Of a DNA stretch of 64,000 bases, positions 1 through 9,820 are shown one piece after another. Below the pieces are notes generated by a model that was not told the DNA's origin, did not search any database, and was given only the letters and a program-made list of their open reading frames with translations. Every line of letters starts with the position of its first letter. Position 1 is the stretch's first letter. Where the stretch lies: assembly GCA_963600815.1 (NCBI GenBank), contig CAVCCX010000004.1:10070-74069 (forward strand), given 5' to 3'. The stretch comes from Bacteroides uniformis (GTDB taxonomy: Bacteria; Bacillota_I; Bacilli_A; RFN20; CAG-288). A program made the position numbers and the translations under genes.

Positions 1-132
1 TTTTTGATAATATCATCCTCTCAAATTCTTGTCAATGCTCCCAATTGCGAAAAAAAAGCAAGGAGTCACGAATTCCTTTTTGGTATTTTTCAGGTTTTTT
101 ATATAATCTTGTTAGCGCTTACGAGGAGGCCT

Positions 133-1317
133 ATGAAATTCAGAAACGCAGTCATTTGTGGCTTATTCATCTCTCTATCATCGTGTCAGCAATCGACTCT
201 CTCATCTTCCATTGTTTCTTCTTTTGATTGCTCAACAAAGACGTTGGCTTCTCTTCTTATTCTCAATCCTCCTACAAAGACCGAATACTATGAAGGTGAG
301 CGCTTCAATCGTTCCGGTCTGAAATTGTTGGCCGTTTTTGATGATGGGACATCTTTTTCTCCGAGCAATGTGGATATCGTGCTTGTCGAACAAGGAAGCC
401 TGACCCTTGGGATGAGCAAAGTCCATCTCCGCTATCTGGAAAAGATGGTGTCTGTTGAAATCCAAGTCCTTCCGTTGGAACTGGAAAGCCTATCGATTTC
501 TTCCTATCCGATCACGACGACCTATGTCGAAAACGGAAACTATTCCTTCACGGGATTGAAGGTTGTCGGAAAAGTGAAGGATACGAAAGAAGAAAGAGAA
601 CTCACAGAACAGGAATATTCTCTTTCTGTCATGAACACGATGATTCATGAGCAGGATGATATTCTTCTTTCCTCGGGTGTCTATGATGTTGTCATTTCTG
701 CCTATGAGAAGACCGCTTCCTTTCCAATCCGCATCCTTCACGGGTATAAAATCGAGGCAGAGGATATCCTCTATTCTGCCTCGACATCTGCTTTAGGATA
801 TGTGAGAGTAAAAAATGAGGAGGAAGAAGATTATCTCTCTTCCCCAAATCGAAATGGATTGATCCGTCCGATCAGTGATGAGTCGGCATCCTACGCTTCG
901 GGAAATTCCTATCTTGGAGACATCAAAAGCGGAAATGTCATCAGTTTCTTCTTTGAAAGCGAGGATGTGATCGAAGCGAATATCAATATCCGTGCTTCGA
1001 GCTGTTACATGCTTTCCTCGGATGATTGGATTCCAAAAAGGATGGGTGACGAACAGGTCAATCGACTCTTCGATGCCTACCTGAACCAAGAAAAAATAGA
1101 GATTCCAGACGATGTCGTTCTTCCGGGGGGCGGAAAGAAAGACGGAAATCCTGATATGGCCCTCTGGGTCAACTGGAAGAATACGACTTTCAGCAATATC
1201 CAGACGAAGAAGGGGCTCAACGAGATCACCCTGAAAATCAAGTCAGAGTATGTCAACTGTCTCGGGTATGAGTGTTCCTTCAATCTGGATTACCTATCTG
1301 TCGACTTTGTTTCCTGA
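133..1317 (+). CDS. Surface lipoprotein with Ig-like (Big_3-type) domains and a C-terminal CBM6/35-like module
   Basis: Lies within ORF 4..1317. The internal ATG at 133 is preceded by AGGAGG (124-129). The N-terminus MKFRNAVICGLFISLSSC carries a lipobox. 'NPPTKTEYYEGERFNRSGLKLLAVFDDGT' is an Ig-like motif. The C-terminal 'YKIEAEDILY...NLDYLSVDF' resembles a CBM. Confidence 0.6.
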   Translation: MKFRNAVICGLFISLSSCQQSTLSSSIVSSFDCSTKTLASLLILNPPTKTEYYEGERFNRSGLKLLAVFDDGTSFSPSNVDIVLVEQGSLTLGMSKVHLRYLEKMVSVEIQVLPLELESLSISSYPITTTYVENGNYSFTGLKVVGKVKDTKEERELTEQEYSLSVMNTMIHEQDDILLSSGVYDVVISAYEKTASFPIRILHGYKIEAEDILYSASTSALGYVRVKNEEEEDYLSSPNRNGLIRPISDESASYASGNSYLGDIKSGNVISFFFESEDVIEANINIRASSCYMLSSDDWIPKRMGDEQVNRLFDAYLNQEKIEIPDDVVLPGGGKKDGNPDMALWVNWKNTTFSNIQTKKGLNEITLKIKSEYVNCLGYECSFNLDYLSVDFVS

Positions 1318-1407
1318 TATTTTTCGATATGTTGTTCTTCTTATCTGAAAACAAATGCAGAATTTGTGCTTTTTTCGAATGCTTACGAAATCAAGGAGAT
1401 TGTAGAA

Positions 1408-4400
1408 ATGAAAAGTGTACATAAAAAAATCATTTATTCCTGTGCTTCCCTTGTCCTGATCGCCGCAATCGGTGCTGGGGATGTTCTCTATGGAAAATTC
1501 AAGACCGATATCATTGGTCAGCTCTGTCCTCCGAAAGTCGATACCGATGCCGCCCAGGTCGCTGCGAGCGAAGGCAAGGAACTGTCGGAGAAAATCGAAG
1601 GCGAAGGAATCGTCATGGTCAAGAATGATGGTTTCCTTCCGATGAACAAAGATGCCGTGGACAACCTTTCTCTTCTGGGATTTGGCAATGTTCAGTGGAT
1701 CTATGGCGGATCGGGCTCGGGAAGAGTCCTTTCCCAGGCCGGGGATTCGAAATGGGAGGAGATGACTTCTCTTGCCAAGGCGTTGACGAATTACGGAATC
1801 GGAATCAATGATGAACTTCTCTCTTACTATAAGAAATATGCAACGGTATCCCATGATATCAATTCTTTGAATTTCAATGTCGACACAACCCCGTTCAATT
1901 TCGGTCTGAAGGATCCTGATGTGGATGATCCGACCTATCGTGGATTGCTTGAGGAATCCAGAGAGATTTCCGATACCGCTGTGGTCACGATTTCGAGGCA
2001 GGGTGGGGAAAGTGAGGATATGCCCAAAGTCCAATATAAGAGCAAGCCAAGCCAGAAAGTCGATGAGACACGTCATTCACTCGAACTATCCGAAGAAGAG
2101 GAAAAACTTCTCGAATACGCCTTGGATAGCTATGAGCATGTCATCGTCATCATCAATTCCACGAATTCCTTCCAACTGGATTTCCTCGATAAGCCGGAGA
2201 TGAAGAAGATTTCAGCCTGTCTTTTGGTCGGAGCCACCGGAGAGGATGGCGCCAATGCGATTCCAAAGGTTCTCTATGGAGAAATCAATCCTTCCGGGAA
2301 ATTAGCTGATACGCTTCCCTATGATTTCAGAAGCTTCATCAACTATAACAATGCCGGCTATGATGGAATCTCCTTCTATTCGGATACGGATCTGGCTTAT
2401 GGCGTGAATCAGAAGACGAATGCCGGTGTGACAAATCGTCCTTCTCTTCCCTATATCGACTATTCCGAAGGAATTTATGTCGGCTATCGTTCTTATGAAA
2501 CCGCGGATACGGAAGGTGCATTTGATTCTCTTGCAAGACAGGGCCTTGATGAAAATGGAAATACCATCACCAAGAAAGGCTATGATGCTGTTGTTCAGTA
2601 TCCATTTGGCTATGGACTGAGCTATACCTCCTTTGACTGGGAAGTCATGGATGTTTCCTTAAGCAGTGGAAGCAGTCTATCTGAGGAGAGCCAGATTGAA
2701 TTCTCTGTTAAGGTCACAAACAATGGAGAGGTTGCCGGAAAGGATGTTGTCGAACTCTATATGACGCCACAGTACAACAAGGGCGGCATTGAGAAATCCT
2801 CTCTTGTGCTGGTGGGATTCGAAAAGACGGAAATCATCGAACCTGGAAAGAATCAGGTTGTCCACTTCCAGGTGGATATAAATGATTTTGCATCCTATGA
2901 CTGCTATGACAAGAATGAAAATGGCTATAAGACCTATGAAATCGACAAGGGAAAATATGAGCTGAAGCTCCAGACAAATTCACATGAAGTCAAGAAAGTC
3001 GATTTCTTAGGAGGAAAAAAGAATGTTGACGGCATTCTTTCCTACAATGTCGATAAGGATATCATCCTCGATAAGGATCCTGTCACAAAAAAAGAGGTGA
3101 AGAATCTTTTCACAGGGGAGGATGCTGTGGATGGTGTTTCTATCGATGGCAATGGTGAAGAGGGTGAAAATGCTCAGATCACTTATCTCTCCAGAGAGGA
3201 TTTGAAGACGACTGCTTCTCCTCTTGAAAAATCTGCTCAGCGAAGCATGGGCAAGGGAACAAAGCAATCTGTTCTTTTTGCCGGCGCAAATGGAACGGAT
3301 AAGAAAAAGGCAGATGAATGGGACAATGCGAAAACGGATGTCTTTGGAAATCCGACGCATACAGAGACAGTCACATTCTCAAGCAAGGAAACCAATCTTT
3401 CCATCACCGATGGCAAAGGGGAGGTTACGGACCTTGGCTATCAGCTTGCCGGTGACTACAACGATGAAAAATGGAATGATCTTCTTGACCAGCTCGATCT
3501 GAATCAGGCCATCAATATGGTCAATAAGGCTCATCCGACGGTCAATGGCGTGAGTTCGATCGGACTTCCGACGATGAACCAATACGATGGTCCGGCCCAG
3601 GTCGGTTCGTTTGCGGATGTCAAAATCCGTGGAACGGGCTTTCCTTCCAATAGCACGCTCGCCCAGACATGGAATAAGACGCTTTGCTACGAGATGGGAC
3701 TCTCCCAGGGCAAGGACATGGAATCCCATGGCTTGGATGGCTATTATGGAACGGCCATCAACATCCACCGCACACCCTTCGGCGGAAGAAATTATGAATA
3801 TTATTCTGAAGATCCCATCTTGACGGGTGATATGGCCGCCATGATGACAAAAGGCGTCCGTGACACGGGAAAGATTTCCTATGTGAAGCATTTCGCTGTG
3901 GCGGAGAATGAAACAAGCCGTGACTCCCTCTACACCTGGCTGACAGAGCAGAGCCTTCGTGAAATCTATCTCGAACCCTTCCGCCGCGTCATCGAAGAAG
4001 GAAAGGCCGATGGCCTTATGACTTCCTACAACCGTGTGGGCGCTTTGTGGGCCGGTGGAAGCCAGGCGCTTCTAGAGGGTGTCTTGCGTACAGAATGGGG
4101 ATTCAATGGTGTTCTCATCACCGACTATAGCGACAATAACCAGTATATGAATCTCGATGAGACGCTCCGCGCTGGCGGTGACTTGGGTATGGCGGTCTCT
4201 CTGAAACTGAATATCACCTCTTCTTCTTCCAATCGCATCAAATATGCCTTGCGGGAAGCTGTCCATCATACAGCCTATGCCTACTTGGATTCCAAATTGG
4301 CCAAGAAGACGTTCAATGAGAATGGCGGATACAAGGGAAGCACCATCACCACGGCAAATACGATGAATTCCTTCAACTGGGTCACACCTTTCATGGTCGA

Positions 4401-4506
4401 CCTCAACATCGCCTTTATCGGTGCGGCTGTCGGACTTGTCTATTTTGGTGTCTTTGATGCCATCGGCCTGAATAAGGATTCCAAAGAAGGAGGAAAAGAA
4501 GAATGA
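1408..4506 (+). CDS. Glycoside hydrolase family 3 with permuted domain order and a predicted TM helix at both termini
   Basis: ATG at 1408 follows AAGGAG. GH3 C-domain motifs (INPSGKLADTLPYD, YPFGYGLSYTSF) and an Fn3-like segment precede the barrel motifs KHFAVAENE, SYNRVG and VLITDY. Both the N-terminal and C-terminal segments are hydrophobic. Confidence 0.85.
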   Translation: MKSVHKKIIYSCASLVLIAAIGAGDVLYGKFKTDIIGQLCPPKVDTDAAQVAASEGKELSEKIEGEGIVMVKNDGFLPMNKDAVDNLSLLGFGNVQWIYGGSGSGRVLSQAGDSKWEEMTSLAKALTNYGIGINDELLSYYKKYATVSHDINSLNFNVDTTPFNFGLKDPDVDDPTYRGLLEESREISDTAVVTISRQGGESEDMPKVQYKSKPSQKVDETRHSLELSEEEEKLLEYALDSYEHVIVIINSTNSFQLDFLDKPEMKKISACLLVGATGEDGANAIPKVLYGEINPSGKLADTLPYDFRSFINYNNAGYDGISFYSDTDLAYGVNQKTNAGVTNRPSLPYIDYSEGIYVGYRSYETADTEGAFDSLARQGLDENGNTITKKGYDAVVQYPFGYGLSYTSFDWEVMDVSLSSGSSLSEESQIEFSVKVTNNGEVAGKDVVELYMTPQYNKGGIEKSSLVLVGFEKTEIIEPGKNQVVHFQVDINDFASYDCYDKNENGYKTYEIDKGKYELKLQTNSHEVKKVDFLGGKKNVDGILSYNVDKDIILDKDPVTKKEVKNLFTGEDAVDGVSIDGNGEEGENAQITYLSREDLKTTASPLEKSAQRSMGKGTKQSVLFAGANGTDKKKADEWDNAKTDVFGNPTHTETVTFSSKETNLSITDGKGEVTDLGYQLAGDYNDEKWNDLLDQLDLNQAINMVNKAHPTVNGVSSIGLPTMNQYDGPAQVGSFADVKIRGTGFPSNSTLAQTWNKTLCYEMGLSQGKDMESHGLDGYYGTAINIHRTPFGGRNYEYYSEDPILTGDMAAMMTKGVRDTGKISYVKHFAVAENETSRDSLYTWLTEQSLREIYLEPFRRVIEEGKADGLMTSYNRVGALWAGGSQALLEGVLRTEWGFNGVLITDYSDNNQYMNLDETLRAGGDLGMAVSLKLNITSSSSNRIKYALREAVHHTAYAYLDSKLAKKTFNENGGYKGSTITTANTMNSFNWVTPFMVDLNIAFIGAAVGLVYFGVFDAIGLNKDSKEGGKEE

Positions 4507-4607
4507 AGAAAAAGAAAATTGTGCTTCTTAGCTATATCGGAGTCCTCGCTCTTGCCTGCATCGCCGTCATGCTTGGATTCTTCATTGCCTATACCATCCA
4601 TGGATGA
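4503..4607 (+). CDS. Candidate 34-aa single-pass membrane micro-protein (MKKKKIVLLSYIGVLALACIAVMLGFFIAYTIHG)
   Basis: Not in the ORF track because it is under 60 aa. Its ATG overlaps the GH3 stop codon (ATGA). AAGGAGG at 4487-4493 lies 9 nt upstream. The product has a K-rich N-terminus followed by one hydrophobic helix. Confidence 0.4.
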   Translation: MKKKKIVLLSYIGVLALACIAVMLGFFIAYTIHG

Positions 4608-4665
4608 TTCATTCTTCTCTTTCGAAGAAAAAATCAATCATGAAAAATAATGAAAGGTACTCGAT

Positions 4666-7593
4666 ATGAAAAAGAAAAAAATTATCTCTTTGGCCATCAT
4701 TTCGATTCTATCCTGTGGACTGATTGCCGGAGATGTCGTCGCTTCCTGTTTCTCGGATTTCATCACGAAGGGACTCTGCGGAACCGGTCAGAATTTCGAT
4801 ACGGATGATTTCAAGGAAGCTAGCGCCGAATCCGATGAACTCTGCCAGAAGATCGCTGAAGAAGGTATCGTCATGCTCAAGAATGAAAACAATGTCCTTC
4901 CCCTCGAAAAAGGAAATATCAATGTCTTCGGCTGGTCTAGCACAGACAATGGCTTCAACCTCTCGGGCATCGGATCGGGTTCTTCGACCATCGATGAGAA
5001 AAAGAAAGTTTCTCTTCTGACGTCTCTCAATGAGGGTGGCTATACCACGAATGACGAATTGACGGATTTCTATACTGACTATGACAATAAGAACCGTGCC
5101 TATTCGACCGGCGATAGTTCAAGAACGAAGATGGTGGAGCCAAAAGCCAGTTCCTATCCCGATGACTTAATCACAAATTGCAAGTCTTTCTCAAAGACAG
5201 CCATTGTGGTCATCTCGCGTGTCTGGGGAGAGAATATCGGTGAAGTGACAAGAAGCCAGACCTATTCGGATGGAGAGACGGATAAGACACGCTCTTATCT
5301 CGAACTTTCCCAAAGGGAAGAAGAACTTCTCGACATGGTCGAAGCCAATTTTGAGAATGTCATCGTCCTTCTCAATTCATCCAATCAGCTTCAGATGCCA
5401 CGCTTAAAAAGCGATGAGGATATCGATGCTGTCTTCAATGTCGGTCTTCTCGGACAGTCGGGAGCCAGAGCGATTCCAAAAATCCTCTCGGGGGAGGTGA
5501 ACCCGAGTGGAAGGCTGACGGACACTTGGTCGAATGACTACACCATCGAGCCGAGCTTCAACAATCTCGAAAGAGATGGTAACAATCTCGCCTATGTCGA
5601 AAACTGCTATTTCGGATATCGCTTCTATGAGACGGCGGATTCTGAAGGCTATTTCAGCAATCAGACTTTCGAAGACTGGAAAGGATATGATGCGGCAGTG
5701 ACCTATCCCTTCGGATATGGTCTTAGCTATACTTCCTTCGAATGGAAACTCGAAGAAATGGAGGTGAGCGAAAAGAGCCTGATCGATGAAAAGACGCACT
5801 TCAAGTTCTCCTTTTCCTGCACGAATACAGGAAAGGTCTCTGGAAAAGATGTTCTTCAGGTCTACTATTCTGCGCCCTATATCGATGGAGGCATCGAAAA
5901 GAGTGCTCTCAATCTCATCGATTTTGCCAAGAGCGTCGAACTTGAGCCGGGCAAGACCCAGGCGCATATCACCATCGAATTCGATAGCTATGATATGGCA
6001 AGCTATGACTGCTATGATCAGAATGAGAACGGCTTCATGGGATATGAACTCGATCCTGGGAAATACACGATATCCTTCCAGGAAAATTCCCATACCCTGA
6101 AAGAAGTGAAGTCATCCGATGGAACTGAGATAAAAAACACCATCGAATATACTGTCGGCTCTTCCGGAGTGAAATTCTTAACAGATCCGACGACCGGTGA
6201 GACCGTCGAAAATCGATTCACTGGGGAGGATGCCTATGGCAATTGTCCGATTGATGGATCAACCATCTTCAAGAATGGAAAAGGAATCGAATATTTCTCC
6301 AGAAAGAATCATTTCGGAAATTCTCTTCCTTCGAAAGTGAACTATTCCCAGGACTATAATTCTTCTGTCGTGAGTGCGGCTGATAAATATATCGCCGATG
6401 ACTATCAGAGCGAGACCATGCCGACATTCAATAAGGATAGCGGGCTCTATCTCAGAACGAACAAGGATGGAAGCAAAATCAAGAATGCTGATGATCTGAA
6501 GAATGGGGAGTATAATTTCGAACTGATTGATAAGATTTCGGAAAACGATGACTGTGACGAACTTCAATTGCTCGTCGAAGAGATGAGTGAAGATGAAACC
6601 ACAAATCTGATCGAAAATGGTGGCTTCCAGACAGCGGCGGTGCTCTCGATTGGAAAACCACAGGTGAACGATTTTGATGGCCCGGCCGGATTCAACAACA
6701 ACACTCAGGTCATCAACGAATCACTCAAAGGAAAATGGACGGCCTTCCCCAATGAGACGCTCATTGGTCAGACCTTCTCCAAGAGAATCGCCAAAATGAT
6801 GGGAATGGCTGTCGGAAAAGAAGGGCAGGCGACGGGTGTTCAGGGATGGTATGCCCCTGGATGCAATCTTCACAGAAGTGCCTTCAACGGAAGAAACTAT
6901 GAATATTATAGCGAGGATCCTGTTTTAAGCGGCATGATGGCCAGCAATACGGTTCTTGGTGCCAAGGCGAATGGTGTCTATTGCTATGTGAAGCATTTCA
7001 CCTTGAGTGAGCCAGGACAGAATGCACGACAGCTGAATGTCTGGCTGACGGAACAGACCTATCGTGAAATGTATCTCAAGCCGTTTGAGATGGCCGTCAA
7101 GAAGGGAAAGGCCAACGCCATGATGTCGGCCTTCAATGGAATCGGAGCTGTCTGGGCTGGGGCCTGCTTTGCCCAGAATGTCTCGATCCTCAGAAAGGAA
7201 TGGGGATTCAAGGGAAGTGTCGTCACGGATTGGACGACAGGCAATAATGACATGGATGTCGTCTCGGGTGTCTTTGGAGGCAATGACCTCTGGCTGAATG
7301 GGTCCGGGAATCTTGCCTCCCATCTCAATAAGAAAAATGCCTCCCAGATGAATGCGGCACAGATTGCCTGCAAGAATATCATCTACACCTATTGCAATAC
7401 GATCTCCTATCAGAAGCATTATGTTGCCGGTGAAGATGAAAACAAAGTGGATGTAGGTACGGTTTCCACGACAAAGCCCTTTGCCTGGTGGATTCCGGTT
7501 CTTGTCGGAGTCAATGTGATCGTGTTTGCTTCCTTTGGTGTCTGGATCTTCTTCCTCTTCCGAAAGAAAGAAGCAGTCGAAACGAACAACTGA
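4666..7593 (+). CDS. Glycoside hydrolase family 3 paralog with the same permuted order and TM helices at both termini
   Basis: Carries VNPSGRLTDTW, YPFGYGLSYTSF and an Fn3-like CTNTGKVSGKDVLQVYY, followed by KHFTLSEPG, SAFNGIG and SVVTDW. The C-terminal hydrophobic stretch is WWIPVLVGVNVIVFASFGVWIFFLF. Confidence 0.85.
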   Translation: MKKKKIISLAIISILSCGLIAGDVVASCFSDFITKGLCGTGQNFDTDDFKEASAESDELCQKIAEEGIVMLKNENNVLPLEKGNINVFGWSSTDNGFNLSGIGSGSSTIDEKKKVSLLTSLNEGGYTTNDELTDFYTDYDNKNRAYSTGDSSRTKMVEPKASSYPDDLITNCKSFSKTAIVVISRVWGENIGEVTRSQTYSDGETDKTRSYLELSQREEELLDMVEANFENVIVLLNSSNQLQMPRLKSDEDIDAVFNVGLLGQSGARAIPKILSGEVNPSGRLTDTWSNDYTIEPSFNNLERDGNNLAYVENCYFGYRFYETADSEGYFSNQTFEDWKGYDAAVTYPFGYGLSYTSFEWKLEEMEVSEKSLIDEKTHFKFSFSCTNTGKVSGKDVLQVYYSAPYIDGGIEKSALNLIDFAKSVELEPGKTQAHITIEFDSYDMASYDCYDQNENGFMGYELDPGKYTISFQENSHTLKEVKSSDGTEIKNTIEYTVGSSGVKFLTDPTTGETVENRFTGEDAYGNCPIDGSTIFKNGKGIEYFSRKNHFGNSLPSKVNYSQDYNSSVVSAADKYIADDYQSETMPTFNKDSGLYLRTNKDGSKIKNADDLKNGEYNFELIDKISENDDCDELQLLVEEMSEDETTNLIENGGFQTAAVLSIGKPQVNDFDGPAGFNNNTQVINESLKGKWTAFPNETLIGQTFSKRIAKMMGMAVGKEGQATGVQGWYAPGCNLHRSAFNGRNYEYYSEDPVLSGMMASNTVLGAKANGVYCYVKHFTLSEPGQNARQLNVWLTEQTYREMYLKPFEMAVKKGKANAMMSAFNGIGAVWAGACFAQNVSILRKEWGFKGSVVTDWTTGNNDMDVVSGVFGGNDLWLNGSGNLASHLNKKNASQMNAAQIACKNIIYTYCNTISYQKHYVAGEDENKVDVGTVSTTKPFAWWIPVLVGVNVIVFASFGVWIFFLFRKKEAVETNN

Positions 7594-7602
7594 AAATGAA
7601 AA

Positions 7603-7657
7603 AAAGGCTTTCGGCTTCTCGAATCTAAAAAAGATTGGAGAGGCTAAAAGCCTTTTT
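7603..7657 (+). terminator. Long imperfect hairpin plus T-run downstream of the second GH3
   Basis: The outer arms aaaggcttt and aaagccttt enclose an inner stem tctcgaatct/agattggaga with one mismatch. A ttttt run follows. Confidence 0.45.
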
Positions 7658-7839
7658 CATACCATATCTCCTTTCATAAATTGCACACAGGGGGCAAACG
7701 CTATAATAAGTTGCGTTTCCCTTTCCGGAAGTATATTGTTTGATAAAAAGGATAAATAGTGTTTCGATAAATCCTTAAATAACTATCATTGCTATGATAC
7801 CGTTATGAGGGTGGTTATAAACAAGGACGATGGATACTT

Positions 7840-7977
7840 ATGCCGTACATTACATTATTGCATGGGACGAATCATATTCTAAAAAAGCCCGACTATTCCC
7901 TTGGGAAATCACATAATGATTATGGACGATGGTTTTATTGCACAGAAAATATGGAAATGGCAAGGAAAGGCCACTGA
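7840..7977 (+). pseudogene. 45-codon stub resembling the N-terminus of DUF3990/ART-like proteins
   Basis: Translates to MPYITLLHGTNHILKKPDYSLGKSHNDYGRWFYCTENMEMARKGH*. The 'LLHGTN...P...DYGxxFYCTE' pattern matches my memory of DUF3990 N-termini. It stops early and overlaps the next ORF out of frame. Confidence 0.35.
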
Positions 7978-8359
7978 ATATTGGGTGGCTTGGGCATTGG
8001 CGCAATATCGATGGGCTACAGCAAAACGCTTCAAGGATATTTTCGACCGGGTTGCACTCGGTACGATCATCGCCATGTATCCCACTTTCCATGAAATGGA
8101 CATCAGCCGTTTCATTGAATCGATGGATCGACGTTATGATGAATCTGTCAGTGATACGAAACTGAAGAAAATACGCGAGAGCAGAAAGATATCACAGTCG
8201 CGGCTTTCGACTCTTTCTGGTGTGAATTTGCGTTCGATTCAGCTTTACGAACAGCATGTCAATGATATCAATAAAGCACAGGCTGAGACGCTCTATAAAT
8301 TATCTCTCGTGCTTGGCTGTGATATTGAGGATCTGATTAAGAAACCAGAATCTATTTGA
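7916..8359 (+). CDS. XRE-family HTH regulator with a DUF3791-like N-terminal domain
   Basis: The C-terminal 'LKKIRESRKISQSRLSTLSGVNLRSIQLYEQHVNDINKAQAETLYKLSLVLGCDIEDL' is an HTH_3 motif. The track ORF opens at TTG 7901, and the first ATGs are at 7916 and 7922. Confidence 0.6.
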   Translation: MIMDDGFIAQKIWKWQGKATEYWVAWALAQYRWATAKRFKDIFDRVALGTIIAMYPTFHEMDISRFIESMDRRYDESVSDTKLKKIRESRKISQSRLSTLSGVNLRSIQLYEQHVNDINKAQAETLYKLSLVLGCDIEDLIKKPESI

Positions 8360-8475
8360 CAACGACAGGCTTTTCATTCGAAAAAAACAGAATTCTCTCT
8401 GAAATGAAGATTCTTCTTCGAAAATGATAAGAGTTTATCCTTCTTTGGTGTATCCTATTCATAGGAGGAAAGAAC

Positions 8476-9717
8476 ATGGATAAATATTTCAGCGAATATA
8501 AGCCGTATAAGGATGGGATTCATAATGATGGAGTCCTTCTTTCAGATGCCATAAAGGACTGCGCCATCCATCATGACCGTCTCATCATCGAAGAAGGAAA
8601 CTATAAGTGTGGAACCATCTTTCTATGCGAGAATGCTTCCATCTATCTAGAAAAAGGTGCGCTTCTCAAGCTGAGTGAGGACGAGAATGATTTCTATTCT
8701 GTCCATTCCGGAAATACCGTGATGACAAGAAAGACCTATCAGGACTGCACCTACAATGGAAAGCCGGAGAAGTATTTCATCTATGGAAAAGATATTCAGA
8801 ATATCACCCTGGATGGAGAAGGAACCATTGATGGCTCAGAGGAATTCTTTGTGGGTGTCACCAATCCCTATCATATCGAAGGAAAATATTATCCGAGAAC
8901 ACCTCTTCTCTATTTTGAATGCTGCAAGAACATCACACTGAAGAATATTCATCTTCAGAGAAGTGCTTTCTGGACAGTCCATCTTGTCGGATGTGACGGG
9001 ATTCTGATTGATGGCATCACCATACGGAACAATCCGATTTTCACCAATTCGGATGGCATTGATCCGGATCACTCCAAAAACATCGTCATACGAAACTGCG
9101 ATATTTCCTGTGCGGATGACTGCATCGTCCTGAAATCGACATCTTATGCCACCTTCTATGGGCCGACAGAGAATGTCGAAGTCTATGACTGCAGACTGAA
9201 ATCCACCTGTGCTGCTATCAAGCTGGGAACGGAATCCTATTCGGATTTCAGGAATATTTCTTTCCATAATATCGATATCTATGATACCAATCGAGGAATC
9301 TCCATCATGATTCGAGATGGTGGGAATGTCTCTGCTGTCCGATTTGAGAACATCAAGATCAATTCCCATCAGGTCTCACCCATCTATTGGTGGGGAAGAG
9401 GAGAACCTATTTCCATCACGAATGTGAAAAGAGATGAGAAATCGATTCTGGGAAGCATTGATGATGTTTCTTTCAGGAATATCGAATGTGATTGTGAAAA
9501 TGGCATCACCATAGCAGGAGAGAATCTGAAGTCCATTTCTTTTGAGAACGTCATGCTTCATCGCCATGAAAAGACATCCTGGGAAAAGAAAGGACTCGAT
9601 CTGAGACCAAGCCTCTACAATGTCCTAGACTCTACATTCCATGATATCTATCTAAAAGGAAGGGCTGACCTAAAGATAGAGAACTGCAATTTTGTGGACG
9701 TGGCTGAGGAAAAGTGA
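8476..9717 (+). CDS. Glycoside hydrolase family 28 (polygalacturonase-like, parallel beta-helix)
   Basis: AGGAGG RBS. Carries the motifs TNSDGIDPDHS, CADDCIVLKS, NRGISIMIR and RFENIKI. No signal peptide is evident. Confidence 0.75.
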   Translation: MDKYFSEYKPYKDGIHNDGVLLSDAIKDCAIHHDRLIIEEGNYKCGTIFLCENASIYLEKGALLKLSEDENDFYSVHSGNTVMTRKTYQDCTYNGKPEKYFIYGKDIQNITLDGEGTIDGSEEFFVGVTNPYHIEGKYYPRTPLLYFECCKNITLKNIHLQRSAFWTVHLVGCDGILIDGITIRNNPIFTNSDGIDPDHSKNIVIRNCDISCADDCIVLKSTSYATFYGPTENVEVYDCRLKSTCAAIKLGTESYSDFRNISFHNIDIYDTNRGISIMIRDGGNVSAVRFENIKINSHQVSPIYWWGRGEPISITNVKRDEKSILGSIDDVSFRNIECDCENGITIAGENLKSISFENVMLHRHEKTSWEKKGLDLRPSLYNVLDSTFHDIYLKGRADLKIENCNFVDVAEEK

Positions 9718-9820
9718 AACTTAAAAAAGAAAACTCAAAATAAGTTCTTTTGTTCAAAATCATCCCCTTAAGAAAGAATGAGGTTGTACCAAATGGGGGA
9801 GTCATTCATGGTACTGTTTT

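Noticed and set aside
1294-2076. 260-aa minus-strand ORF
   Set aside because: It is antisense to the 5' part of the first GH3 gene, which has strong family motifs. It is a shadow ORF.
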